Assembly: GCF_030684315.1 (NCBI RefSeq)
Contig: NC_081371.1
Span: 9,307,441 to 9,371,440 of the forward strand
DNA from: Stegostoma tigrinum
Lineage: Eukaryota
DNA: 64,000 nucleotides
Direction of reading: 5' to 3'
Shown: in pieces, positions 13,311 through 24,828 of the stretch
How positions within the stretch are numbered: position 1 is the stretch's first letter
Layout of the letters: every line of letters begins with the position of its first letter
The notes under the pieces: model-generated
What the model saw: only the letters and a program-made list of their open reading frames with translations
Database searches by the model: none
Told to the model about the DNA's origin: nothing
Program-made: the position numbers and the translations under genes

Positions 13311-13605
13311 CGGTGGGGGGGGGGGGGCCACAATTTTTGAAGGTCCTTGGGGGGGGGGGGGGGGGGCGGTGCTGCAGGAGCTAACTTGTGGGCCGCTCGG
13401 GAGGGGCGTATTCAACAAAGACCCACCTGGTTTATTTTGATTTTAAAAATCATGAGAACACGTGTAAGAAAGCCAAGACTTGTGATCTACCCATTACTAG
13501 CAAAGTGTTAGTGATAATGGGAACTGCAGATGCTGGAGAATCCAAGACAATAAAATGTGAGGCTGGATGAACACAGCAGGCCCAGCAGCATCTCAGGAGC
13601 ACAAA

Positions 13606-13640
13606 AGCTGTCGTTTCGGGCCTAGACCCTTCATCAGAGA
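13606..13640 (-). ncRNA. Minimal type I hammerhead ribozyme motif with mutated cleavage triplet (GAC)
   Basis: Minus strand reads CTGATGA-A-GGGT-CTAG-GCCC-GAAA-CG-AC-AGC. Confidence 0.6.
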
Positions 13641-14590
13641 GGGGGATGGGGTGAGGGTTCTGGAATAAATAGGGAGAGAGGGGGAGGCAGACCGAAGATC
13701 AAGAGAAAAGAAGATAGGTGGAGAGGAGAGTATAGGTGGGGAGGTAGAGAGGGGATAGGTCGGTCCAGGGAAGACGGACAGGTCAAGGAGGTGGGATAAG
13801 GTTAGTAGGTAGGAGATGGAGGTGCGGCTTGGGGTGGAAGGAAGGGATGGGTGAGAGGAAGAACAGGTTAGGGAGGCAGAGACAGGTTGGACTGGTTTTG
13901 GGATGCAGTGGGTGGAGGGGAAGAGCTGGGCTGGTTGTGTGGTGTAGTGGGGGGAGGGGACGAACTGGGCTGGTTTAGGGATGCGGTGGGGGAAGGGGAG
14001 ATTTTGAAGCTGATGAAGTCCACATTGATACCATTGGGCTGCAGGGTTCCCAAGCGGAATATGAGTTGCTGTTCCTGCAACCTTCGGGTGGCATCATTGT
14101 GGCACTGCAGGAGGCCCATGATGGACATGTCATCTAAAGAATGGGAGGGGGAGTGGAAATGGCAACTCATATTCCGCTTGGGAACCCTGCAGCCCAATGG
14201 TATCAATGTGGACTTCACTAGCTTCAAAACCTCCCCTTCCCCCACCGCATCCCAAAACCAGCCCAGTTCGTCCCCTCCCCCCACTGCACCACACAACCAG
14301 TCCAGCTCTTCCCCTCCACCCACTGCATCCCAAAACCAGTCCAACCTGTCTGTGCCTTCCTAACCTGTTCTTCCTCTCACCCATCCCTTCCTCCCACCCC
14401 AAGCCGCACCTCCATCTCCTACCTACTAACCTCATCCCACCTCCTTGACCTGTCCACCTTCCCTGGACTGGCCTATCCCCTCCCTACCTCCCCACCTATA
14501 CTGTCCTCTCCACCTATCTTCTTTTCTCTCCATCTTCGGTCCGCCTCCCCCTCTCTCCCTATTTATTCCAGAACTCTCACCCCATCCCCG

Positions 14591-14625
14591 TCTCTGATGA
14601 AGGGTCTAGGCCCGAAACGTCAGCT
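14591..14625 (+). ncRNA. Minimal type I hammerhead ribozyme motif (intact core)
   Basis: CTGATGA (14594-14600), stem II GGGT/GCCC with CTAG loop, GAAA, palindromic ACGT at stem III and a GUC cleavage triplet. This is the layout known for PLE-associated minimal HHRs. Confidence 0.75.
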
Positions 14626-14748
14626 TTTGTGCTCCTGAGATGCTGCTGGGCCTGCTGTGTTCATCCAGCCTCACATTTTATTGACTAGCAAAGTGTTATT
14701 CGGAAGGAGCTATTCGAAGAAGGCCGGATTCAGTTTCATGCTCCAGTC

Positions 14749-14766
14749 TGACCAGCAGGTGGCAGA
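14749..14766 (+). promoter_or_regulatory. CTCF-like motif
   Basis: TGACCAGCAGGTGGCAGA fits the CCASYAGRKGGCRS consensus. Motif match only. Confidence 0.3.
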
Positions 14767-15302
14767 AGCAGCTCGGTCCAGCATCTAGCACATTTAAAGT
14801 TGCTTCAGCATTGTATTGAGACCACTAGCAAGAGTCAGTATTAAGGTAAAGTAAACCTTGATAGCAATACATCAAAGACTAACCTAATTTTCCCTTTTTA
14901 AAAAAAAAATCGTAATTTAAAAACTCAATTCATTTGGTTTCAAACTTAACACAGCTGGTTTATAAAACAAGTTGTTGCATTCAGTAAATGAGGACAAACC
15001 TGACATCATACAACTTTTACACTTGGGTCTGGCAAAATATTTTGAGAGCTTTGTTTTTCTTTATATTTTCCAGGCTTTTGTAAGGGAGGGAGCACCAATC
15101 CCTTTGCTCCCAGCCCCAAACTAAATTTTCTTGCTGTCCTTCATGAAGTGACATCCTAAAGAACCCACCTCTGTGACCAATCCAAGTGACCTATAATGCT
15201 CAATGTCTGCCTTTGCTTTGTAATGTTCCTGTGAAATGCCTTGCAATATTTTGTTTTGCAACATGTTCTATAACACTATAGTTTTATGTGTTAGATGAGT
15301 TA

Positions 15303-15950
15303 GTTGAGTTATAACGAGAGGCTGGATAGGCTGAGATGTTTTGCGCTGGAGCGCAGGAATTTGAGGGGTGTTATTATTGAGGTTTATAAAATCATGAGGG
15401 GCATCGATAAGGTGAATAGCCAAGGTTTCTTTTCCCCCAGGGTATGGGAGTTCATTGCTAGAGGGTGTAGGTTTAAGGTGAGAAGAGGAAGATTTAAATA
15501 AGACATGGGGGCACCTTGTTTTTTAACATGAGTGGTTTGTGGGGAATGCACCTCCAGAAGAAGTGGTGCAGGCAGGTACAGTTAGAATGTCTAAAAGACA
15601 TTTGGATAAGCGCGTGAATAAGAGATATTTGAAGGGCTATGGACCAAACGCAAGAAGGGACAAGTTTAGAGACAATAGATACTGCAGATGCTGCAGAATC
15701 CGAGATAACAAGATGTGGAGCTGCATGAACACAGCAGGCCAAGCAGCATCAGAGGAGCAGGAAAGCTGACGTTTTCTGATGAAGGCTCTAGGCCCGAAAC
15801 ATCAGCTTACCTGCTCCTAAGATGCTGCTTGGCCTGCTGTGTTCATCCGGATCCACACCTTGTTATCAGGGACAAGTTTATTTTGGGATTATCGTTGACA
15901 TATACAGACCCTTCAGTCCACAGTCTCTGTGTGCTGTATTGCCTCTATGA
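15303..15950 (+). mobile_element. CR1-like LINE 3' end, interrupted by an HHR fold-back element
   Basis: LSYNERLDRL..LERRNLRGVIIEVYKIMRGIDKV...; the 3' UTR resumes after 15880. Confidence 0.8.
15669..15867. mobile_element. Non-autonomous PLE-derived fold-back element with central HHR and 13-bp TSD
   Basis: TSD AGGGACAAGTTTA at 15656-15668 and 15868-15880. Arms are about 15704-15774 and 15797-15867. The centre reads CTGATGAAGGCTCTAGGCCCGAAACATC. Confidence 0.85.
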
Positions 15951-17684
15951 CCGAGTGCCATAGTTGTTGAGCAGATGTGAACAAATTTTGAACCTTGAGC
16001 TGGTGCTGTTCCGAACAATAGGATAGTTAAAGTAAAAGAATATTTGATCTTTTCTCGTGAAATCGAGTATCCCTGTGCAGATTTGAGCGATCGTTACTGA
16101 CCGGTTACAAAAACAGAGCCGAATTAGAACCTCCACAGTGTGCTAGTTCTCCAGGAATGTTGTCATTGTACTTGAGAGGGTGTCTGGGCTGAACTGAATC
16201 AGCTATGAGGAGAAGCAAGATGATCTAGGAGAGCAGAGAAGGGTGAGCGGGGGGGTGATCCTGATTGAAGCGCATTTAAGTTACAAGGGTTATAGCTCAC
16301 ATAGATAGGGAGAACCTTTTCTGTAGGTATCTGCAAGTTAGTGCTTAAAAAGGTGTTAGAGGTAGGAACCCTTGAGATTTTGAGGTGAACTGTTGAAATG
16401 CCATAACATGCAAGGCTGCGAGCCAAATACTGCATTGTGGTCCTTTGGTAAATTAAAACATTGCAAAGCATTTTACAGCAGTGTGGTAAAACAAAGACAC
16501 TGAACCTTTATAGGTCACTTAGATACGGAAACGGTCACAGAAGTGGTTTCTCATGAAGTCTTTTAAAAACTACTGTCCAGATGTCAGCTAAAGGCAGTTC
16601 AGAATAGATGGGTGTTTGATGACTAGCACGAAACAATGGGCCAAAGAGCCTCTTCTCAAGCTGTAAAAACTCTGACCCCATGACTTTAAATGAATGTTTC
16701 ACCACTGAGTTTATTGGATGTGAATATCGCTGGTAGGGAGCCCAGGATGCTTTTCTTATTGTGTTCCTGCAATTTAAGCCAAATAGGCTGTCAGAAAGCA
16801 ATGTGAGTTTTTTTTTCTCTCTGTTTTGATGCCTCGGTATCACTTGGCCACATTTTGCTCCATTAGTCGGAAGCCTCGGTGTCAAAGCCAAACAAATGGC
16901 TTTCTGGAGAAGTGACATAATTCCTTGTCCAGTAATTGCTGTGTACACCCATGATGTATGGCCACACGTCGAGATGCATGTTTTAAATGAGAATGGAATA
17001 TGCAGTTTTCATAATTTATTAACACTGCAGTGGTCAAATAGTCGCCTTATGAATAATACAGAGATTTACATGGGGCACCATGTCGCTAATAGATGCAGTT
17101 GCTCCCCTTGACTGCCAGGAGACTTGTAAAGCAGAATGCATTACTTCTGCTGTGTAATAAATCATTGTAGTTTGTTGGTGTCTCCTGACGACTTTTTTTT
17201 CCCCCCCTCTTGAGGTTTTGAGTCAGCTGAGATCCTGGATAATGTCCAAAGTACTTCCAGTAATTCACGATTTCTGAGGCGATTGTCTGAAGGCAGTTTG
17301 TTGGTCTGATAAAAAGTGGTAATAATTCTCAGCTGTCCCATCAGCCTATTTTCATATTTTTAAACGCTTGGGATGGCGAACTTAATTCTAATTGCAAGTG
17401 CAGCCGTGCTTGTATGTTTCTGTTCAAGAGTTATGAAGCCCCTGCAAGCCAATAACGAGCTGAGTGAGAGCTCTTTATCTCCCCTGACAGAAACATCCGA
17501 TGGCTTCGCTTTTAGTATCACTTAAAGTCAGAAAATAATTCTCTGAGCAAAGCAGCTCTCGCGGGTGCACACTGCTTGGAGGAAAGATACCATTTCTTCA
17601 GCCTTGCTCCAGAAATAACCCTCAAGTTGGCCTGCTGAAAACTGAAAGCAGTCAGCAACTGTTCACCTTGATTTGGAGTGACCA

Positions 17685-17700
17685 CCAGGAGATGGCAGCA
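17685..17700 (+). promoter_or_regulatory. CTCF-like motif
   Basis: CCAGGAGATGGCAGCA, one mismatch to the consensus. Motif match only. Confidence 0.25.
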
Positions 17701-18936
17701 TCCCTGTTTGCTGTGTGTTTGAGGTTCCAATGGTAGTCCCTCTGAATTCTTCATTCCAGTTTCCTCTGAAGAAGCTGTAAAGACAATATAAGTAGATAAT
17801 AAACCTTTTTTTTGTTTTGGCCCTTCTGCAGTCTATTAGGGAGCTTTGACACACAATCCATTTTTCTCCCTTTGCTATCCTCATTACCGTAGGTCGTGAT
17901 ACACAGCTCACATGGCAGCAGAATGTCAGACCTTTGAAACTCGTTGTCTGGCAAGAGATAGCTCAGCCTCAAGCGTAATATGCTTCTCTCTATTTTAAGT
18001 AAAGCCCAGTGTAACATTGAACAGTTTCACCAGTGTACATCCAGACAATGCTGATTGTCTGATCTGGTTGTGACATATAGCAGAGCTTTCTTGGCCAGAC
18101 AGGAGAGCTATTTTTAAAGCGCGGCAAGTGTAGGAAGCACCCGCCCGCCGCCAACAACAACTGTCCCCCTCCTTAGTCGAAACTCAGGCAAACAGAAGGG
18201 TCCACACATCAGTAATTGGCTGATGCCTCAAAAAGTATTAAATAAATGTAAACATTTTCTTTTCTCCCTTCCTTCCTTGCCTTCATAAATTGACATGGGG
18301 AAGCATGAGGCATTTTGACCCCTTGTGCGTAACCTAGCTTTATTCAGGCTGTTCCATTCTACTCTCTCTCCTCATAGCTGAACAAATATTTCCCTTCAAA
18401 GATCCAGTCCCCTTCGAAAGTTACAGCAGAATCTGTTTTTATTTTTCCCAGCTGTTCTGGCAGTGCACTCCCGATCTTTGAAACTCTCCCCATAATTTTT
18501 TTTTTAAAAGGCCTCCTCATTTCCCCCTCGGGCTTCATAGCTAATTACCTTGCATTTGAGTCCTCTGGGAGCCAGTCCTTCTGTCACTGAAAACTATTGC
18601 TCCTAATTTGCTCCACTGAAACCCTTAGTGATTTTCAATACTTGTCCCATGTTGTGAGACCTGAGTCTTTTGTTAGTCTACCTCTGCTGCTCTCTGTCTG
18701 TTGTGGAGATGGAAATGACGTTAGTTAAATGTGGTCTACCTACCTGTGTTGGCTTGGCTTCATGCAGTTCACAGCCAGAAAGACAGTGATGAGGGTTGGA
18801 TAGAATTTTCTTTTACATTTCATTTGAGAAATAAGTTGTTTGAAACTCTTGGAGTTCATTTTGAAGCTTTTTTTTTAATAGGAGGGATGTTAGTCAGTTC
18901 TGTTATTATCATTGTCATTTTGTTATTGTGCAAGTA

Positions 18937-19408
18937 AGACGGAGAGGGTTCCAGAGAGATTTACCAGGATATTGCTGGAAATGGAGGGTTTGAATTATAC
19001 AGAGAGGGTGGATTGGCTGGGGCTTTGTTCACTGGAGTGTAGGAGGTTGAGGGGTGATGTTATAGAGGTTTGTAAAATCACGAGGGGCATAGATAGTGTG
19101 AATAGCAAAGGTCTTTTCCCTGCGGTGGGGGATTTCAAGACTCGTGGCATATTTTTAAGGTGAGAGGAGAAAACTTTAAAAGCAGTGTGCAATTCTCTTC
19201 CAAACAGAGCAGTCCATGTGTGGAATAAACTTGCAGAGGAAGTGTTGGATGTGAGGATGTTGAAACGACATTTGGATAAGTACATGAATAAGAAATGTTT
19301 TGGAAGGTCGTTGGCCGGATGCAAGTAGGTGGGACTAGATTAGTTTGGGATTATGTTTGACATGGGCTGTTTAGACTGAAGGGTCTGTTTCCGTGCTGAA
19401 TGACTCCA
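18937..19408 (+). mobile_element. CR1-like LINE 3' end
   Basis: ERVPERFTRILLEMEGLNYTERVDWLGLCSLECRRLRGDVIEVCKITRGID, followed by the 3' UTR with GACTGAAGGGTCTGTTTCC. Confidence 0.85.
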
Positions 19409-19419
19409 TATCCTTTCAA

Positions 19420-19690
19420 AGAATGTTAGTGCTGCTGACAAGCTCAACACCAGTCATCCATCCCAGATTTGCTCCAGAACTGAGTGGCTTGCTCGGCCAG
19501 GTTAGAGGGTAGTTAAGAGCCAACCACGTTGCTCTAGGCTTGGAGTCATCCATCGGCTAGACCAAGTATGAATGATGGGCTTCATTCCCTGAAGGACGTT
19601 AATGAACCAAATGGTTTTTGCAGGAATTGACAGTCACCATTATTGAGGATAGCTGTTCAATTGCAAACTTGCTGCTGGGTTTCAAATTCC
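19420..19690 (-). mobile_element. Short SINE-like element sharing the 5' region of the LINE at 46470-48365
   Basis: GAGGGTAGTTAAGAGCCAACCAC..GGAGTCA..TTCCCTGAAGGACGTTAATGAACCAAATGG resembles 48128-48230 and 11160-11250. Confidence 0.55.
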
Positions 19691-20015
19691 AACAGTAAGC
19701 ACAGTCAGTTTGTTAGATGGCTGATTGTACACTTTATATTCAGTGAGTCAGCACCATATGTAATTGAAACAGCAGGAAAAGCCCATTTGCTGTTAACCCG
19801 GGAGTTCTACTGTAACGACGTGGACTGGTGAATTATGATTGTATGTTACAATATTTGGCTGAAAGTGAGTAAAATAGATGGGAAAATAAAGGAACTCATT
19901 TCTACACCATGATTAGGCCAGTTGTTTTTTAAAGTAGTGTCAAACTACTTTTGCCTGAGGCTGTAGTGCTGTAGATCGTTCCAAACTCAAGTCATGGCTC
20001 GATGGACGGAGATTC

Positions 20016-20200
20016 ATATGGAGATACCCGCGTGGGTCTTGGGTGGACAAAGTCAGAAGCCACACGACACTAGGGTGTAGTCCAACAGGTTTATTTGAAA
20101 GTACAAGCTTTTGGAGCTCTGACAAAGGAGCAGCGCTCTGACAGCTTGTGATTTTAAATAAACCTGTTGGACTACCACCTAGTGTCATGTGACTTCTGAC
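20016..20200. mobile_element. Non-autonomous fold-back element (PLE-derived family 2) with decayed HHR
   Basis: Arms 20052-20110 and 20143-20200 are inverted. The centre CTGACAAAGGAGCAGCGCTCTGACAGC is a decayed CTGANGA-GGAGC/GCTCC-GAAA motif. Confidence 0.7.
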
Positions 20201-20564
20201 AGAAATTGCACCGAGTTGGCTTCTGTGAGGGATTTGTCAAGCGTGACTGTGACAGAATGCTTTCTCAAATTAGAAGCACACTCTTGATGGGCTGAATGGC
20301 CTATCTTTGTTCCTTTGTCGAATGGTCTCCAGTCATTGTAGGTTTAGCACAAATTTAGAAACCACCCTGAGAGATATTGTTTGTACAGCACAATCCAAGC
20401 AAAATAGTTGAATAAAGACAAGAAGCTGGCATGGGAGGAAGCTTTGGATGAGGCCGGCACCATGGAAATAGTGGAAAAGGAGACTAGCAGATTGCCAGGG
20501 ATTTCATTTCCCGAGCTGATGAGGCAGGGCCTCCAGATTTCAGCAGGATCAAAGTTCGGCACAA

Positions 20565-21235
20565 AGACTGCAAGATATTGGGGCACATTTAAGCTATTAG
20601 GCATATCGAGTCTGCTCTGCCATTCAATCATGGCTGATATGTTTCTCAACCTCACTTGCCTGCTATATCTCCCTATAACCCTTCATTCCCTAACTAATAT
20701 AGAGCCTTTCTATCTCTGTCTTAAATATGCTCAATGGTTTGGCCTCTGCAGCCTTCTGTACCAATGGGTTCCACAGAGTCGCCACCTTCTGGCTGGAGAA
20801 ATTCCTCCTCCTCTCTGTTCTAAAGGGTTGTTCTTCCATTCTGATGCGGTGCCCTCGGGGCCCAAGTCTTTCCCCCAGTAGTGGAAACAGCTTCTCTGTG
20901 ACCGCTCGATCCAGGCCTCTCAGCATTCTGTCAGTTTCAATGTGATTCTCTCTCATCGTTCTAGATTCTGTCAGACCTAGAGTCCTCAAATGTTCCTCAT
21001 ATGACAAACCCTTCGTCCTTGAGATCAGTCTATTCAACCTCTTCTGAAACCCCGAGAAGGCCAGCGCGTCCTTTCGTAGATACAGGGCCCAAGCTGCTCA
21101 CTACATTCAAAATTGATGGGTTTGACTGGCTCTCTTTGTCCAAATTGCTTGTTAACCCCTCAAAGTCTTCTGACAGATTGGTCAGGCATGGCCTCCCCTT
21201 GTTGAAGCTGTGCTGACTCAGCCCCATTTTACCCG
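20565..21235 (-). mobile_element. CR1-like LINE ORF2 pieces and 3' end
   Basis: Minus-strand frames QHSFNKGRPCLTNL and GLSYEEHLRTLGL...RGLDR...RRNFSSQKVATLWNPL..SIFKTEIER. Confidence 0.8.
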
Positions 21236-22865
21236 CACAGTTGGTAACAGCAGAGTTGGACATTTAGATGTTACCGTTGTCGTGGCAACCATCAACTGTA
21301 TAAGTGCTCCCATTCCCAGTCAAAGTATTAGGAAGTCGGTCATAGCTATAATATAAGGTAGCTGGTCCTAAAGAGTTAACTCTCTAGCTTCTGTAGCTTT
21401 ACCCATATGAGATATATGTGTTGGTCTCTGGGAGGAGTTTGTCATACCTTGTTTTCTGTTGTATTTATTCCAGTCTTCTGTTCTTACCTCCACTGCTAAC
21501 AGCCATGTAACTTAAGTTACCCTAGATACAGTTGTGATTATGATGGGAGGAATGCAGTGATAATCAAGGTCTGTTGCTTCACAAGTCGCGTCATTAATAT
21601 CAATGTTTTGGTTCCATCACTGTAATGACCCACTGTATGGCTATCCAGAATAGAAGAGACTTCCTCCACCCAACTTGGCAGCTAATCGTTTCCACGTTTG
21701 TATGACTATTTTCTCCGTGACATGCTTGACTATACGGACAACGATTCTCTTTAACACAGGCTAGAGAATTCTCTGTTAACCCCACAGTCCACAATGAATC
21801 AGTAACCGTGTGTGTGAGAGTTCCAACATGCTTCTGGCCTGACATCAATAGCAGCATAAGAGAACAGTCAAGACAAAATGAAGATTATTGTGGATATGTG
21901 AGCCATGAAACTTGGAGAGTCCAGGGTTAGTCAGAAGGTCATGGTGAGAAAGAGAACCATGTGCTGGGAACTGTTGCAAAGAGACAAAGTGTATTTGTGT
22001 ATCCGTCGAGGTTTGTAGACTCTGTAGAATGTTTGTTTGAAGGAGGAAATCTGTTGATGAGCATAGGAGAAACCTCCAATCCAAATTCCCCCACCAACCC
22101 AAAGTGTAAGCAGAAAGAAAGTGCAAGTCGCCAGAAAAATGAAAACTTGTTGATATCACAGGATCCACCAGTCGAGTCACGTGAGTTGGGGTCCTTGAGT
22201 CAGTCAAATCAATCATTGTCACACTTGCATTAAATTGAGTTTGTTGCCAAAGTCAAAGTTCAGATTTGACACAGTCAGTGATGTTGAGAGTACAGAGTTA
22301 AGCTAATGGAAATAGAAAGAGATACCCAGACAGAAAGAGAAAGATGCCCGATAGGTTAATTGAGAGTATGTTGGAAGGAAGAATAAAGTGGTTCTTTCCA
22401 TTATTTCTTGTAATAAACGATATTTTTGTTAAAACATATTGGAATTGAGGAAAAATAACATTTTATATGCAAATTATGCTGACATCGTTATTGGTCCTGC
22501 ATGTTTGATTTGTGATACAAACCGAGAAGGCGATCTGTTAAATTTCAGTTTTTGGGGATGTTTGTTGACTTGTACTGTACTTTGAGAGTATAGCATGTGA
22601 GATCTGAGCATTTTGTTCTGCCGCCCTCCCTGATGGTGAGATGTAAATAAAGCAACTTCAATTTCGGTGACCTGCAGTTGAACATGTTTTCATCATACTG
22701 GGTGCAATGTGCAACTGCATCTCTCTTAATTCTCCCATTAAAATTTTCTGGGAGAATAACCCCAGTTTCTCCAATATCAGTCCAATATCCCTGGTACCAT
22801 TTAAAAGAATCTGTGGTAAGCAGTTGATCAGGGAGAAGTGGAACCATTCTTATCGACCCTCTCTC

Positions 22866-23081
22866 GGTCGGAAATCACACGACACCTGGTTACAGTCCAT
22901 CAGGTTTGTTTGAAAGCACAAGCTTTCAGAGCCTCACTACTTCTTCAGGTTCAGGTGACTAACACCTGAAGGGGGAGCGAGGCTCAGAAAGCTTGTGTTT
23001 TCAAAGAAACCTCTTGGACGATAACCCATGGCGTGTGATTTCTGACCTTGTCCATGCCAGTCCAACACCAGCATATCCACG
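22866..23081. mobile_element. Non-autonomous fold-back element (family 2) with two opposed HHR motifs
   Basis: Inverted arms span 22866-23047. The minus strand has CTGAAGAAGTAGTGAGGCTCTGAAAGCTT and the plus strand has CTGAAGGGGGAGCGAGGCTCAGAAAGCTT. An unpaired tail lies at 23048-23081. Confidence 0.75.
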
Positions 23082-23949
23082 CTTTTGCAGGTCGCTATAA
23101 TCAGATGTCAAATAATATTGTAGCTTTCTCAGTCAAAATGTAGGAGCCGAAACCCAGCTTTCCTCAGAGAAAGAGAGAAGAATTTTATTGTCTACTGATC
23201 CTGAAAGAAACAAGTTAGACCATATCGAGCAACATATGCTCCACTTTTCACTCTTCCATGCTTTGTGAACCCAAATAATCATCTCCGTCTTGGGATACTT
23301 CACCTGCTTCATCATGTTTTCGTTGGTCTTCCTTCCTGTTTTCTCTCTTTACTATTCAGCAGTGAGAATCTGAGCAGGATGTGGTTTGCAAATGAATGGT
23401 AATGTTGCAAATAGTAATGCTGCAAATTTTGCTGGGTTCAGGCTGTTCCTCCCATGTTACTGTCCTCATTGGAGGCAGGATTTATTGGGTGCAGAGTTGA
23501 AAGGTCTTGTAGTCTGGTGAAGAGTGCCTGATGACTTGCTCTGTTTATTCAGTACGTGGTTATGAGCTTTTCCACGTTGAGAATCTTTTCTGATCGCTGA
23601 CGACACAGTAACATGGAGTGAACTTCCCTTAACAGTTACTTGCACTTTGCAGAGCCAGGCACATGTTTAAGTTAACGTATCCTGTTCACAGAACAATCCC
23701 ATGAATAATGCTTTCCCTGATCTCTCCTTAGTCACTGACCACTGATAGACCAAGTGGAATTTTGTTTAATTTTGCTTTTCGGCATTGGACATTTGTGCAA
23801 AATGGTTATCATTTTCTTTGATATAAATTGGCTTTGTATATACCAGACACTCCTGACTCCTCCCAAAGCTCAGTCCAATTGTTATGAGTTTTCTCCATCA
23901 AAAAACAGCCATTGGCATTCATAGAACATCTTGGGAAGAGTCATGGGAA

Positions 23950-24230
23950 CTTTATCAGCGAAAATTGAGCACTGAAACATATGAAGAGAAATTGGAATAG
24001 GATTTTAACAACATGGTCAGAGGTAGGTATTTTAAAGTAGCATCTTAAAGGAGGAAAGGAGACAAAGTCAAAAAGGTTTTGGGAACATATTCCTGAACTT
24101 GAGGCCTACAGGTTTGAAGTCCTCGCTGTCAGTGGCAGGCTGAAGTGAACTAAGTGTATAGAAGAGACCAGAGTCGGGCAATGCAGTAACCTCAGACTGT
24201 ACAATTGGAAGAGACTGCAGATCTGGTGGT
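23950..24230 (-). mobile_element. L2-like LINE 3' fragment, degraded
   Basis: GGTCAGAGGTAGGTATTTTAAAGTAGCATCTTAAAGGAGGAAAG...GAAGAGACCAGAG resembles antisense shark L2 3' region. Confidence 0.45.
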
Positions 24231-24259
24231 AGGTGTGAAACATTCACACCCCACCCCGA

Positions 24260-24800
24260 TTAAAGACCAAAAGAAAGGGGGAGAGTCGGCTGTTCAGCCT
24301 TTTGAGCTGCAAAGACCATTCCTCGCAATAATCTCTGGTACTCCACCTGTTAGAGTCTGTCAAATTGAAAATAATTCGTTCATCCAATCTCTCTGTTGGT
24401 TTCCCAATCCTCTGTCTCTGCTCAACACCGTAAGTTCTTCTGTGAGCACCAATCCCATGTTTGGTACCTTATCAAATATCTTTTGTAAATCCAAGTACAC
24501 AATCTCTACAGTTACCCCTTTCTCCATCCAGCCTCAAGGAAGAGCTCCAATAAAGTTATCAAATACAATTTCCGTTTCACAAAACCGTGTTGATTCTCTT
24601 TGCTTGTTTTAGAATTTTAAACGCCCTGTTATTAGCTTAACAAAGTTTCCTCGCATTTTCCCAGTGACAGATGTTCAGCTAACTAGCCAATTGTTTCTTT
24701 AATCTTGTCTCCCTCCTTTCTTGAATTAAGGTGTTCAATTTGTGGTTTTCCAGTCCACTGGGATCATTGAAGAATGTAGGAAATTCTGAAACGTTGTTCC
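24260..24800 (-). mobile_element. CR1-like LINE fragments, degraded
   Basis: GGTACCTTATCAAATATCTTTTGTAAATCCAAGTACAC is the antisense of a VYLD-QK-FDKVP RT motif. Confidence 0.6.
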
Positions 24801-24828
24801 AAAGATATGCTCCGGACGGTATATGCTC

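Larger units (their letters stand above)
13511..14683. mobile_element. Fold-back (inverted) Penelope-like element 3' region with 15-bp TSD
   Basis: Inverted arms 13548-14069 and 14162-14683. TSD ACTAGCAAAGTGTTA at 13496-13510 and 14684-14698. Encodes the same PLE C-terminus (..RRLQEQQLIFRLGTLQPNGIN..) as the GIY-YIG ORF at 33304-34046. Confidence 0.9.

Noticed and set aside
13314-13367. Poly-G runs as a functional G-quadruplex
   Set aside because: They are homopolymer expansions beside a decayed repeat and error-prone in sequencing, with no functional evidence.
13868-14448. Mirror-image ORF pairs on both strands (158 aa each)
   Set aside because: They are an artefact of the inverted PLE arms, not a bidirectional gene.
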